A stretch of DNA of 64,000 bases from Candidatus Bathyarchaeia archaeon (GTDB taxonomy: Bacteria > Patescibacteriota > Microgenomatia > PFEM01 > JAFGMK01). Under the pieces are notes generated by a model that searched no databases, had not been told where the DNA came from, and saw nothing but the letters and a program-made list of their open reading frames with translations. Below are positions 1 to 9,411 of this stretch, one piece after another. How positions within the stretch are numbered: the stretch's first letter is position 1; each line of letters opens with the position of its first letter. The stretch is taken from the NCBI GenBank assembly GCA_035529595.1, contig DATKWK010000035.1, positions 177,067-241,066 on the forward strand, in the 5' to 3' direction. Made by a program: the position numbers and the translations under genes.

Positions 1-536
1 CGAGTCATACAAACCGGCAAACCATAAGTATTGTAATAAGTATAAGAAAGCAAATCAGCGCAACTTTTAGAAACATCATAAGGGTGAGATCCTCTTAAAG
101 AACTATCTTCCTGATAGGGAAGACTTTCTTGAACTCCATAAGCTTTATCGCTTGAAGCCACCACAATCGACTCAATAAAATCATTCCCTCTGGCTGCTTC
201 CAAAAGATTCCATGTCCCCTGAATATTTGATTTAAAAGTCTCAATCGGGTCTTTATTAGCTTCGCCAACAATCGCCTGGGCAGCCAGGTGAAAAATTGTT
301 TGCGGTTTATATCTTTTAATAACCTTTTTTACCAAGGTCAAACTAGAAACATTACCCTTAGCAATTTTAATCTTATCCCTAAACCCAGCCAAAACAGAAA
401 ATTGACGCGCCTTTACCTTATCTAAACCAATAAGGTTTGACCCCTGCTTTATCAAGGCCTTAGTTAACCAAGAACCAAGGAGACCTTCATGGCCAGTGAC
501 TAAAACCCGTCTTTTCCGCCAGTAACTACTAGTCAT
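1..536 (-). CDS. rfbG: CDP-glucose 4,6-dehydratase-like extended SDR, N-terminal ~178 aa (gene runs off the window start)
   Basis: Manual minus-strand translation from ATG at 534-536: MTSSYWRKRRVLVTGHEGLLGSWLTKALIKQGSNLIGLDKV... Rossmann motif VTGHEGLLGSWL matches the VTGHTGFKGSWL signature of CDP-glucose 4,6-dehydratases. No stop codon before position 1, so the ORF track does not list it. Confidence 0.6.
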   Translation of the reverse strand, partial: MTSSYWRKRRVLVTGHEGLLGSWLTKALIKQGSNLIGLDKVKARQFSVLAGFRDKIKIAKGNVSSLTLVKKVIKRYKPQTIFHLAAQAIVGEANKDPIETFKSNIQGTWNLLEAARGNDFIESIVVASSDKAYGVQESLPYQEDSSLRGSHPYDVSKSCADLLSYTYYNTYGLPVCMT

Positions 537-562
537 CTGATTATTTCCCTGAAACACTTTTC

Positions 563-1555
563 TCAAACTACCTTCAGTAATCTCTCGACTCGATTATACT
601 TCCCTGAATCGAAATCTTCTCGAGTATACCCAAATTGCTTTAATTTTACCACCAAATCCTCAATCGACTTCCCTAAAGGCCAATTTTGCCTCAAGTTCGG
701 AAAAAGAGAATCAAGCTTATCAAAATTTACTCGATAACTCCGCTTATCATCACTGTGCTCACCGGTATAAACTACTCCACATCGTGGTAGCTGCCGGCAA
801 ACTAACTTAATAATATCTTTAACCTGAAAATTATTTTCATTAAAACCAATATTGAAAACCTCGCCATTTATTTTTCTTGCTTTCGCCTCCAAAAACTTAA
901 CAAAAATTTCACTCAGATCCCGAACATCAATTAGGGCCCGCCAGGGAGTCCCGTCACTTTTTACTCTCAACTCCCCCAAAACTAAAGCCGACGCCGTCAA
1001 ATTATTAACCACCAAATCACCCCTGAATTTAGACGAGTAACCATAAACGGTAGAGTTTCTTAGAATCCCAATGCAAAAATCATCGTCAGCTAATTTTAAA
1101 AGCTCATCTTCTGATTGCTTTTTACTCCAAGCATAGGTGGTTAAAGGATTAGTCGGACTAGCTTCAGCCACTGCTTCTTTTGACCAACCGTAAACACTGC
1201 AAGAAGAAGAAAAAAGAAACTTACCAACTCCAGCTTTCTTGCAAGCCTTAGCTAATTTAACCGTTCCTAGATGATTAATCTTTTCCGTCAACTCCGGATT
1301 AAGTCTTTCCAAAGGGTCATCAGGCAAAGCAGCTAGATGAATAACCGCATCAAAACCTGATAAATCAAAGTTCCCTAAATTACAAATATCGCCCTTACGC
1401 AAATGATAATTTCTTCTATAAGGACCAAGAAGTAGGTCTTTGTAAAAAAGAGCGTCCAAACCGACTACCTGATAACCCTTTTTGACTAACTTTTCTGATA
1501 AAACTGCACCAATATAGCCATCCGAACCGGTAACGAGAACTTTTTTTATTTCCAT
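563..1555 (-). CDS. NAD-dependent sugar-nucleotide epimerase/dehydratase (SDR family)
   Basis: ORF 563..1585; translation contains VLVTGSDGYIG (GxxGxxG) and YAWSK (YxxxK). Probable start is the internal ATG at 1555 (MEIKKVLVTG...), 4 nt after the rfbF stop. Sits between rfbF and rfbG homologs. Confidence 0.7.
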   Translation of the reverse strand: MEIKKVLVTGSDGYIGAVLSEKLVKKGYQVVGLDALFYKDLLLGPYRRNYHLRKGDICNLGNFDLSGFDAVIHLAALPDDPLERLNPELTEKINHLGTVKLAKACKKAGVGKFLFSSSCSVYGWSKEAVAEASPTNPLTTYAWSKKQSEDELLKLADDDFCIGILRNSTVYGYSSKFRGDLVVNNLTASALVLGELRVKSDGTPWRALIDVRDLSEIFVKFLEAKARKINGEVFNIGFNENNFQVKDIIKLVCRQLPRCGVVYTGEHSDDKRSYRVNFDKLDSLFPNLRQNWPLGKSIEDLVVKLKQFGYTREDFDSGKYNRVERLLKVV

Positions 1556-2334
1556 ATCTTCCAAGGAGCCTTGCCGTCTCTCCACATTTTATTCACTAAA
1601 TCAAACTCTCGGGGAGTATCAATGCACTGCCAAAACCCGCGATGTTTATAAAGATGCAGTTTCTTGTATTGAACCATTTTGGGCAACACTTCACTTTCTA
1701 AAACCAAATCCTCGCCATCCCTGAAATATTTATTAAATACTTCCTTGTTAAAAAACATATAACCGCCACCGATCAACTTATCTCCTACCGCCGGCTTTTC
1801 ATCAAACTCAGAAATTATGCCTTTTTTCTCAGCCTTAATTTCGCCAAAGCGGCTAGAAGGATAGACTCCGGTCACTGTCCCCAGGGCCTTTGATTTTTTA
1901 TGAGCACGCAACAGAGCTTTGATATTAATATCGCTCAGACCATCACCGTAAGTAACCCCAAAAATATCTTCATCTTTTAAGTATTTCCGGGCTTTCCAAA
2001 CCCGAGCCCCAGTCATTGAATCCTCTCCTGTCTCTACCAGAGTCACTTTCCAATCCTCGCCTATGAAAGAGTTGTGATAAACAGCCGAATCATGTTTATT
2101 TAGACTAACTGTTACATCAGCTAATTTTGCACAATAATTTAAGAAAAATTCTTTTATTACCCAGCCTCTATAACCTAAACATAAAATAAAATCATTTATC
2201 CCATAGTGGGAATAGATTTTCATGATATGCCAAAGCATCGGCTTTTCCCCAATAGGAAGCATCGGTTTAGGAATCATTTCCGAAATCTCTCTAATCCTTG
2301 TTCCTTTTCCACCGCAGAGAATGACAACCTTCAT
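1546..2334 (-). CDS. rfbF: glucose-1-phosphate cytidylyltransferase
   Basis: 262 aa; MKVVILCGGKGTRIREISEMIPKPMLPIGEKPMLWHIMKIYSHYGINDFILCLGYRG is near-identical in pattern to the RfbF/DdhA N-terminus. Nucleotidyltransferase G-x-G-T-R motif. Confidence 0.85.
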   Translation of the reverse strand: MKVVILCGGKGTRIREISEMIPKPMLPIGEKPMLWHIMKIYSHYGINDFILCLGYRGWVIKEFFLNYCAKLADVTVSLNKHDSAVYHNSFIGEDWKVTLVETGEDSMTGARVWKARKYLKDEDIFGVTYGDGLSDINIKALLRAHKKSKALGTVTGVYPSSRFGEIKAEKKGIISEFDEKPAVGDKLIGGGYMFFNKEVFNKYFRDGEDLVLESEVLPKMVQYKKLHLYKHRGFWQCIDTPREFDLVNKMWRDGKAPWKIWK

Positions 2335-2349
2335 ATAGCTCCTTTAAAT

Positions 2350-3378
2350 TTATGATGCAATATGTATCTTATCTCTAATATTAATTAAGAACTTTTTTAT
2401 ATTAAACCAACTATACCCCAAGGTAAACATAAAACACATTACAGGGTGTAAAAACCAAGCAATATCTTTCACATAAAGATATCCCTTGATTGCCCGTGAA
2501 AAGGGCACGATAAACGTCGTGTTGGCAAATACCAGCCAAATAAGCCAGCTCGTATCCTTTTTATGAAAAACTCCGTAAACTCTCTCTATCTTAGTGGCAG
2601 AATACATACCGGCATACCGCATTTTTCTTCTTAAAAAATTAATTACTCCTACATCAATATAATGAATTATGTGCTTATTTTTAACAAAGGCAAAGGTATT
2701 ATATCCCTGTTGTATCAAACTAACGCACATATCGATATGCGTCGCGTTTTCTTTATAATCCATCTTCTCCAAAAGCTCTCTTCTCACCAAAAAACCATTG
2801 GCGCCAAGAGTCGGAATCTTTGAAACATCGGGTTTAAATTTAACCTTATAGTATTCCCCACAATCGTAAACTGTACCGAAAGAATGCCAATTTCTGTTAT
2901 CATAGGGCCCTCGATCCGCTTTACCCAAACCGACGGCAATTGGATCACACCCGCCTATCAGAGCAAAATAACGGGATAAAATCGGATCGGTTTTTTTATA
3001 GCCGTATCTTAAGGTTTGGCATGCGATTATCTCTTTATCAGTAAATGTCTCCACCATTTTGACTAGAGCATCAGGTTCTTGAAGCCTATTGTCGGCAGAA
3101 AGAGAAAGAATCAGATCGCCCCTTGACAAGTCAAGCGCTAGTCTTCCCCTGATATTTGGCTGGTTTTTAAGGTCAGGCCGGGAAATTATAACCGCTCCGT
3201 ATTTTTTGGCAATTCTCAAAGTAGCATCAGTAGAACCACCATCTATAATTATAATATTTACTAACTTCTGATCGTAGTTTTGGCTTCTGATAGATGCAAG
3301 GCAATCTTCCAAAATCGTTTCATCATTATATGAAATCATTGGCGCTGAGATAGAATAATCTTTTTTCGATCTAGACAT
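2350..3378 (-). CDS. glycosyltransferase family 2 (GT-A)
   Basis: 342 aa; N-terminal IIIIDGGSTDATLRIAKKYGAVIISRP (GT2 DxD-type signature); C-terminal hydrophobic segments. Confidence 0.65.
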   Translation of the reverse strand: MSRSKKDYSISAPMISYNDETILEDCLASIRSQNYDQKLVNIIIIDGGSTDATLRIAKKYGAVIISRPDLKNQPNIRGRLALDLSRGDLILSLSADNRLQEPDALVKMVETFTDKEIIACQTLRYGYKKTDPILSRYFALIGGCDPIAVGLGKADRGPYDNRNWHSFGTVYDCGEYYKVKFKPDVSKIPTLGANGFLVRRELLEKMDYKENATHIDMCVSLIQQGYNTFAFVKNKHIIHYIDVGVINFLRRKMRYAGMYSATKIERVYGVFHKKDTSWLIWLVFANTTFIVPFSRAIKGYLYVKDIAWFLHPVMCFMFTLGYSWFNIKKFLINIRDKIHIAS

Positions 3379-4870
3379 TAAAATCCTTTCTCTTTGAAAA
3401 ATATTTTACTCCCAACCAAGTATAATATTTAAATCTATCCCAATCAGTTAAGCCTTCTTTTAATTTCCGCCAGATAAATTCGGGCGTTAAAAAAGAACTG
3501 TATATATTTCGTATCAAAGCCATTATTTCTTCATCGGTTATTGGTGTTTTCATTACCGGCTCTTTCATATCATACCGGCTCCAATCCGTAGTTTTCAACC
3601 AGTTATTTTTTTGACACTGGGCAAAAAGCGGTGTTCCCGGATAAGGAATCACGATTGTTGCCTGGAGAGTATCAACCCAACCATTTTTAAAAAGCTGCTG
3701 AGCTAGGCTTAGAGTTTTTAAAACTTCCTTTTTGGTCTCCCAGGGATAGCCGACCATCACTGTCACATGCGGCCAAAGTCCGGCTTCTTTAGCCATTCTG
3801 ACTCCCCGGCTGATTTGTGCCACCTGAAGATTCTTGTTAACCCGATCAAGAGTTTTTTGGTTGGCCGACTCTAGCCCATAGAGGATGAACCTAAAGCCGG
3901 CTTTTGCCATTCTGTCATAATCTTGCTGAGTTAAAGAGGCATTGAAACGCATATTACAGTCTATTTTTATTTTTTTATTGTAACCTCGCCTAATCATTCC
4001 TTCACAAAATTCCCTGAGCCAGTCCCCAACCGGAAAGGTCCCGCTATCGTCCATGATTTCTCTGACCGGCCAATGATCTAAAATATATCCGATTTCATCT
4101 ATCGCCCTCTTTGGTGACATTACCCGATAAGCTCTACCTGGGTATAAAGTTGTCCAACTACAAAAAGTGCATTTTCCCCACCAGCAGTCCCGGCCAAACA
4201 TGGTATAAGTCCCTGGTGTCCGGCTATAATTGCTGTTTTTGTAGGCATAAAGCCGCCAACAGGTTAACTCCCGATCAATAAAAGGCAAGCCATCAAGATT
4301 ATGATTCAGCCTAAATCGACCAGTAGATTTATAGTTTTGATATTTGAGTTGTGGATTTGAAATTTTAGTTTTTATTTTTGAGTTTTTTCTATACCAGATT
4401 CCCGGCTCAAGTTTTTCTCCTCTTGTCAAATGATTCACAAGATTCAATAGCAAGAAATCATAATCGCCGCCGGCCAAAATATAATCAACCCGAGAATTCT
4501 TGAAGCTTTCTTCCGGAAGGGCGGTTACATGATCACCGACTAAGACAATTTTGAGCTTTGAATTATTAGTTTTAAGTTTGTCGATAATCTTCCAATGGAG
4601 CTTCACTACCGGAGTTTTTGTTTCAATCAGCATCAAATCCGCTTTTTCTTTCCTTAAATCATTAAACCACTCTTGGTAAGTCTGGCCGCCGGCAATCCCG
4701 TCAAGCCAGGCTATTGGATAACCGGCTTTTTTCAAAAGAGTCGCCGCGTAAGCCGGTACCATCGGATAAGCGGTCCAGGGAACTTTTGACCACTGAAATT
4801 GGCGATTCTGACCTAAAAACGGAATCCCCTTAGGGGATTCCAACGGGGGATAAGCAATAACAATCTTCAT
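3371..4870 (-). CDS. B12-binding domain radical SAM protein (class B-like) with non-canonical CX4CX2C cluster motif
   Basis: 499 aa; N-terminal Rossmann-like cobalamin-binding-type domain (MKIVIAYPP...KIVLVGDHVTALPEE...YILAGGDYDF), then FGRDCWWGKCTFCS cysteine triad and GLESANQKTLDRVNK radical-SAM-like segment. Confidence 0.5.
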   Translation of the reverse strand: MKIVIAYPPLESPKGIPFLGQNRQFQWSKVPWTAYPMVPAYAATLLKKAGYPIAWLDGIAGGQTYQEWFNDLRKEKADLMLIETKTPVVKLHWKIIDKLKTNNSKLKIVLVGDHVTALPEESFKNSRVDYILAGGDYDFLLLNLVNHLTRGEKLEPGIWYRKNSKIKTKISNPQLKYQNYKSTGRFRLNHNLDGLPFIDRELTCWRLYAYKNSNYSRTPGTYTMFGRDCWWGKCTFCSWTTLYPGRAYRVMSPKRAIDEIGYILDHWPVREIMDDSGTFPVGDWLREFCEGMIRRGYNKKIKIDCNMRFNASLTQQDYDRMAKAGFRFILYGLESANQKTLDRVNKNLQVAQISRGVRMAKEAGLWPHVTVMVGYPWETKKEVLKTLSLAQQLFKNGWVDTLQATIVIPYPGTPLFAQCQKNNWLKTTDWSRYDMKEPVMKTPITDEEIMALIRNIYSSFLTPEFIWRKLKEGLTDWDRFKYYTWLGVKYFSKRKDFNV

Positions 4871-4911
4871 TGGCAGCTAGTATAACACGTAAAAATTATC
4901 AGGAAATCTAC

Positions 4912-5952
4912 CTAACCACCGACATATCTTTTCCTTTGTTTGTCGATCTCATGCGGAACTATACCTAAGTCTTTACGGAAAAAACCATAAGGAAAATATA
5001 TGCCGTAGCAAACATGGGTAAAAAAAATCGCTATCATAACCAACCAGCTCAAATAGAGATCCTTCTCTTTTATCAATACTTCAGCTCCCGAAATCAGCAA
5101 AAGCCCGGTATAGATTACCAAGGCTGTAAAATAAATATTTTCGAAGAACGGATAAAACAGCGATATTATACTACCGATAACTAAACCGCTTATAAAAATA
5201 GTCGGGGCAAAATAACCCAAGCGGCGCGAAGTCTCCGGATACTTTTTGGCAAAAAAACCGCGGCGTACAGCGTAGCGGCTGATTTGCTTCAAATGCGGCC
5301 CAAAAATTGGCCGGCGATGGTGATAAACTATTACTTTGGGGTCATAAATTATCTTCTTGCCCAAACCCTTGGTTAAACCGAGGCATAGTTTGGTATCTTC
5401 ACCCGGCCAGTGCTTAATATCAAATCTACCCACCCGTTCGAAATCTTTTTTTCTAACCAGCAGATTAACGGAAGGAAAGTCATCAACTTCCCGCCGGTGA
5501 CTAACTTTATTCCGGTAAGTCCCGGCTCCGGCGCTGCCAAACCAGCTGGCCCAAACCCAACCGGAGGCTTTTTGGCGGATACTGTCATTGGGAGGCGTTA
5601 ACGACGGACCGCAGACAGCAACGATGTCTTTGTCTTCTTCAAATACCCTGATTGCATTTTTAAGCCAATCTTTTTGGGGATAAGAATCATCATCCAAAAA
5701 AGCCAAAATTTTACCTCTGGCTTTTTTTACTCCCAAGTTTCTCTTGTAAGCCGGTCCCGGTTTTTTACTGGCGATTACTCTGGCAGTTTCAATCTTTTCT
5801 TCCTCGTCGGTAACAACAATCAGCTCATACTTTTTATACGATTGTTTTCGTAAAAAAGAGATTGTTTCTTCAAGATAGGTGGTTGCGGTTCTGACCGGAA
5901 TAACTACTGCTACCAAATCTCCATCTGAAATGCGTGAAGTAGTGCTGGTCAC
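4912..5952 (-). CDS. glycosyltransferase family 2 with C-terminal transmembrane region
   Basis: 346 aa; LVAVVIPVRTATTYLEETISFLRKQSYKKYELIVVTDEEE...ILAFLDDDSYPQKDWL (GT2 DxD/DDD); three predicted TM helices at the C-terminus. Confidence 0.7.
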   Translation of the reverse strand: MTSTTSRISDGDLVAVVIPVRTATTYLEETISFLRKQSYKKYELIVVTDEEEKIETARVIASKKPGPAYKRNLGVKKARGKILAFLDDDSYPQKDWLKNAIRVFEEDKDIVAVCGPSLTPPNDSIRQKASGWVWASWFGSAGAGTYRNKVSHRREVDDFPSVNLLVRKKDFERVGRFDIKHWPGEDTKLCLGLTKGLGKKIIYDPKVIVYHHRRPIFGPHLKQISRYAVRRGFFAKKYPETSRRLGYFAPTIFISGLVIGSIISLFYPFFENIYFTALVIYTGLLLISGAEVLIKEKDLYLSWLVMIAIFFTHVCYGIYFPYGFFRKDLGIVPHEIDKQRKRYVGG

Positions 5953-5953
5953 C

Positions 5954-6772
5954 TTATTTACTTTTTGAAAAAGCTAATTTAGGGTCACAATCCCATTTTC
6001 GCTTATTATAGCTTTCATAATAACGAACTAAGTAGAGACGATAAAATATCGCTAAAACATCAATGCCGGATTTCCAAATGCCATTTGAGCCAAATATTTT
6101 AACATTACTGGAGAATTTCTCGGTCAATTTAACAGGGGCTTCGTAAATCTTGTTATAACCTACTTTTCTGGCTACCACTAGTAGTTCAACATCAAAAGCC
6201 CACCTTTTCATCAAAAGACGCGGTAAGACATCTTCTAAAACTTCACGGCGAAAAACCTTCAAACCAACCTGAGTATCTTTTACTTTAAGACCAAATAAAA
6301 TCCAAACAATCATTTGAGTAATAAAACTTAAAATAAAGCGGGGTAATGGATAGTTCACTTCCGATGCAGGATGCCTTTTTGAACCGACAATAATATCGGC
6401 ATGGTACCACTCCATGTGTTCCAAGAGCATCGAAAGACCATTCGGATCTAAATCCATTCCCGCATCAATGAAAGCGACCAGGTCTCCTCTTGCCCGAGCC
6501 ATACCGTAACGGATGGCATAGCCCTTGCCCCTGTTTTCTCGATAACGCAAGATCCTGGTTTTTGAAGATTTTACCTTACGGGCGTTTTGGTAACTCTTGT
6601 CTGTATCTCCATCTATTACGCAGATAATTTCGTAATCATGCCGAATCTGTTTTAGAGCATTTTCAATCTCCCGAAGGCTTCTTTCAATTATTTTCTCCTC
6701 CCTATAAACAGGGACTATCACGGAAAGCAATTTTCTGCCTATTTTTGGTTTTTTATCTTTATTCATCTGCAA
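5954..6772 (-). CDS. GT2 polyprenyl-phosphate sugar synthase-like (DPM1/GtrB/ArnC-like)
   Basis: 272 aa; LSVIVPVYREEKIIERSLREIENALKQIRHDYEIICVIDGDTDKS...FIDAGMDLDP...VGSKRH pattern typical of Dpm1/GtrB-type GT2; C-terminal TM helix. Confidence 0.6.
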   Translation of the reverse strand: MQMNKDKKPKIGRKLLSVIVPVYREEKIIERSLREIENALKQIRHDYEIICVIDGDTDKSYQNARKVKSSKTRILRYRENRGKGYAIRYGMARARGDLVAFIDAGMDLDPNGLSMLLEHMEWYHADIIVGSKRHPASEVNYPLPRFILSFITQMIVWILFGLKVKDTQVGLKVFRREVLEDVLPRLLMKRWAFDVELLVVARKVGYNKIYEAPVKLTEKFSSNVKIFGSNGIWKSGIDVLAIFYRLYLVRYYESYNKRKWDCDPKLAFSKSK

Positions 6773-6774
6773 TA

Positions 6775-7587
6775 TTAACTAAATCGTGCCCCTGCCAAAG
6801 TCCTCTGACAGCTGCAAGTTGTTTTCTTCGGCCAACTTTTAATCATGGACAGAATAATCTTTTTGGCATAACCGATATTTTCTTTAAACATTTTAAGAAC
6901 CTGATCCACCGAAACCGGTTTAATTTCACCTTCGGCCACTAAACCGGCATCGTAGTCGGTGACAATGGCAACCGCGCAATAACAAATTTCTTTTTCGCGG
7001 GCGAGCGTGATTTCCGGATATTCGGTCATATTGATTACCTCCCAACCCATCTTAGTGAACCAAGTCGATTCAGCTGCCGTTGAGAATCTTGGCCCCTGGA
7101 TAACTACTACCGTTCCCTCTTCGTGAACCTGGAGTTTTAAATTTCGGCAAACCTTTACTGCCAATTTCCGAAGTTGGGGACAGTAAGGAAAAGCAGTTGA
7201 AACATGAGTGGCAATCTGGCCATCATAAAAAGTATCAACTCTTCCTTTGGTCCGATCTATAAATTGATCCAAAATAACAAAATCACCCGGCTTAATGCCT
7301 GTCTGTAAAGAACCGACTGCGTGTGAGGTAATTATTCTCTCCACGCCGAGGCTTTTTAAAGCCCAAATGTTGGCGCGGTAATTAATTTGATGCGGTGGAA
7401 CATCATGGCTTTTATTATGACGAGGCAAAAAAGCCACCTTGCGACCGGCTATATTACCTAAGGAAATCTTATCAGAAGGCGGCCCGTAAGGGGTTTCTGT
7501 TTTGATCTCTTCTAAGTCCTCGGCCAGGTCGTAAAAACCCGAACCGCCAATAATACCGATCTCAGCCTGATGCTTTTTAATTGCCAT
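6775..7587 (-). CDS. mtnP: S-methyl-5'-thioadenosine phosphorylase / purine nucleoside phosphorylase family
   Basis: 270 aa; GIIGGSGFYDL...VAFLPRHNKSHDVPPHQINYRANIWALKSLGVERIITSHAVGSL matches the MTAP/PNP-I fold signature. Confidence 0.8.
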   Translation of the reverse strand: MAIKKHQAEIGIIGGSGFYDLAEDLEEIKTETPYGPPSDKISLGNIAGRKVAFLPRHNKSHDVPPHQINYRANIWALKSLGVERIITSHAVGSLQTGIKPGDFVILDQFIDRTKGRVDTFYDGQIATHVSTAFPYCPQLRKLAVKVCRNLKLQVHEEGTVVVIQGPRFSTAAESTWFTKMGWEVINMTEYPEITLAREKEICYCAVAIVTDYDAGLVAEGEIKPVSVDQVLKMFKENIGYAKKIILSMIKSWPKKTTCSCQRTLAGARFS

Positions 7588-8116
7588 TCCGGTCCTTATA
7601 ATTAATTAAAGAATCCAATCGGTAATTTTTTAATTTGTCTCTCCCCGGAAAATAATCAAGAACAATTAAAAAGGCAATCGCTACAATTTTGCCTTTCAGT
7701 TTTTTTACCAAATTGGCAACCGCTTCCATAGTCCCGCCGGTTGCTAAAACATCATCAATCAGTAAAACCCGGTCACCCGGAAAGATTGAATTTTTTTGAA
7801 TCTCCAGGGTTCTTTTTCCGTACTCGATATCAATATCGGCTGACTCAACCTGACAGGGTAATTTTCCCTGTTTCCTTACCATAACTATTCCCGCTCCCAA
7901 CCGCTCCGCCAGAATTCCGGCCAATATAAATCCTCGGGCGTCGATACCGACGACTTTATCAATCTTTTTATTTTTATACTTAAAAACCAACCGGCCGACA
8001 AGATATTTAAGGGCTTTTTTATCTTCCAATAGCGGGGCGATGTCCCAGAAAACAATACCTTTTTCCGGAAAATCAACGATCCGGCGAATTTTTTTCTTAA
8101 GATCGGTATCGATCAT
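7577..8116 (-). CDS. apt: adenine phosphoribosyltransferase
   Basis: 179 aa; IRRIVDFPEKGIVFWDIAPLL...VVGIDARGFILAGILAERLGAGIVMVRKQGKLP...VLLIDDVLATGGTMEA (PRPP-binding motif). 11-nt overlap with mtnP. Confidence 0.85.
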   Translation of the reverse strand: MIDTDLKKKIRRIVDFPEKGIVFWDIAPLLEDKKALKYLVGRLVFKYKNKKIDKVVGIDARGFILAGILAERLGAGIVMVRKQGKLPCQVESADIDIEYGKRTLEIQKNSIFPGDRVLLIDDVLATGGTMEAVANLVKKLKGKIVAIAFLIVLDYFPGRDKLKNYRLDSLINYKDRNGN

Positions 8117-9402
8117 CGCTGAAAGCCCTCCCGGCAGTTCTTAAAAAAATATATCATGAATGACAGAAACAGTAAACCGCAGATTATAGCCGAAACCGAG
8201 ACGATCTGAACGATGTCTTGGTGAAAGAAAAAAATATAGACAGCTTGACAAAAAGCCGCCAAACCGGATAATACAACCGTCTCGTTTTTTGATATTGAAA
8301 GAAAAAACTGGGCTGTCACGCTCGCCAAAGAATAAAAAGTTAAAAAGAGGGCAAAAATAATCAGATATTTAGAAGCGGCCAAATAGCTTCCACCGAATAA
8401 GATATTGACCATTAGATCCGGGAAGAAAAAATAAACTCCGCTGATTCCCAAGCTAACCAGCAGCACTAAAAAAAGGCTCGTCATGAAAAGTCGCCGGTAG
8501 TCAACGCCCGCCGCCTGGCGATTGGAAACCATCGGAAACATTACCTGTCCGACTGGACCGCTGGCAAAAAAAATAATTTTCCCCAAAACAGACAGGGCCG
8601 CATATAAACCCGCTTCGGTGGCCGGTAAAAAATGGCGGGCTAAAACCAGGTCAGTGGTGTAAAGAGAAGTAAAAGCAACCGAAGAAACAAAAAAAGGCAC
8701 CATATCTCGGAAAATATTTTCCGATTTCCGCCCGATCCTGTCCGTATGATCAAACTTAACAATTTTTTTAAGATAAAAAAAACTCAGCCCAAGGGCCAAA
8801 ATCGAACCAATCAAAAAAGCGCCAGAAGCGCCAATTACTTGCCATCCCAAGCTGACTAAAACCACCGCCGAGACCAACTTTATACCCGCTTGTAAGATTC
8901 CTAAAAAAGAAACCTTTAAAAACCGGTAAAAGGCATTAAGAACAGCCGAGTTTATGCCGATAAAAATGCCGACGAAAGAATAAGCCATAATTGCCAAAAT
9001 CGGCCAATTCGAGTCAAGGTGAAGAAAATTCTTAATCTTGATGGAAAAACAGGAAATTACTATTAGTCCCAAAAAACCAATAAGGAACATTTTCGAAGTT
9101 ATGTACTGATAAAAAAAACTGATTTCCTTTTCCTTTCCCTCTCCGCGCAATTGCGAAACCTTCTTGACTACCACTAAATTTATTCCCGCCAAAGGAATCC
9201 CCAAATAATAAACCAGAGAAATAACCGACTCCAATGCTCCATAATTACTTGGACCAAGCATTCTTCCCATTAATAAATGATATACATAATTACTGATATT
9301 ACCGATCATACTGCCGCAAAATAAAATCATACTGCCCCGCACCAGCTGATTATGAACAATCCGTCTGGCTAAGAGCCTGGCTTTTTCTTTAAAAATATTC
9401 AT
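8113..9402 (-). CDS. MOP-superfamily polysaccharide/oligosaccharide flippase (Wzx-like)
   Basis: 429 aa, about 12 predicted TM helices; N-terminal pattern LARRIVHNQLVRGSMILFCGSMIGNISNYVYHLLMGRMLGPSNYGALESV typical of polysaccharide biosynthesis (Wzx/MurJ-like) proteins. ATGA overlap with apt. Confidence 0.5.
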   Translation of the reverse strand: MNIFKEKARLLARRIVHNQLVRGSMILFCGSMIGNISNYVYHLLMGRMLGPSNYGALESVISLVYYLGIPLAGINLVVVKKVSQLRGEGKEKEISFFYQYITSKMFLIGFLGLIVISCFSIKIKNFLHLDSNWPILAIMAYSFVGIFIGINSAVLNAFYRFLKVSFLGILQAGIKLVSAVVLVSLGWQVIGASGAFLIGSILALGLSFFYLKKIVKFDHTDRIGRKSENIFRDMVPFFVSSVAFTSLYTTDLVLARHFLPATEAGLYAALSVLGKIIFFASGPVGQVMFPMVSNRQAAGVDYRRLFMTSLFLVLLVSLGISGVYFFFPDLMVNILFGGSYLAASKYLIIFALFLTFYSLASVTAQFFLSISKNETVVLSGLAAFCQAVYIFFFHQDIVQIVSVSAIICGLLFLSFMIYFFKNCREGFQR

Positions 9403-9411
9403 ATTTTGTAA

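Noticed and set aside
852-1040. Many short opposite-strand or alternate-frame ORFs from the six-frame track: 852..1040, 3089..3271, 5373..5601, 14442..15147, 19014..19205, 20834..21130, 21593..21931, 56547..57019, 58164..59864 and others.
   Set aside because: Each lies entirely inside a longer ORF that has clear family signatures. They have no RBS and no motif, so they are typical shadow ORFs. The long ones at 56.5-59.9 kb are artefacts of GC-rich, repetitive PT- and EATEAA-coding sequence.
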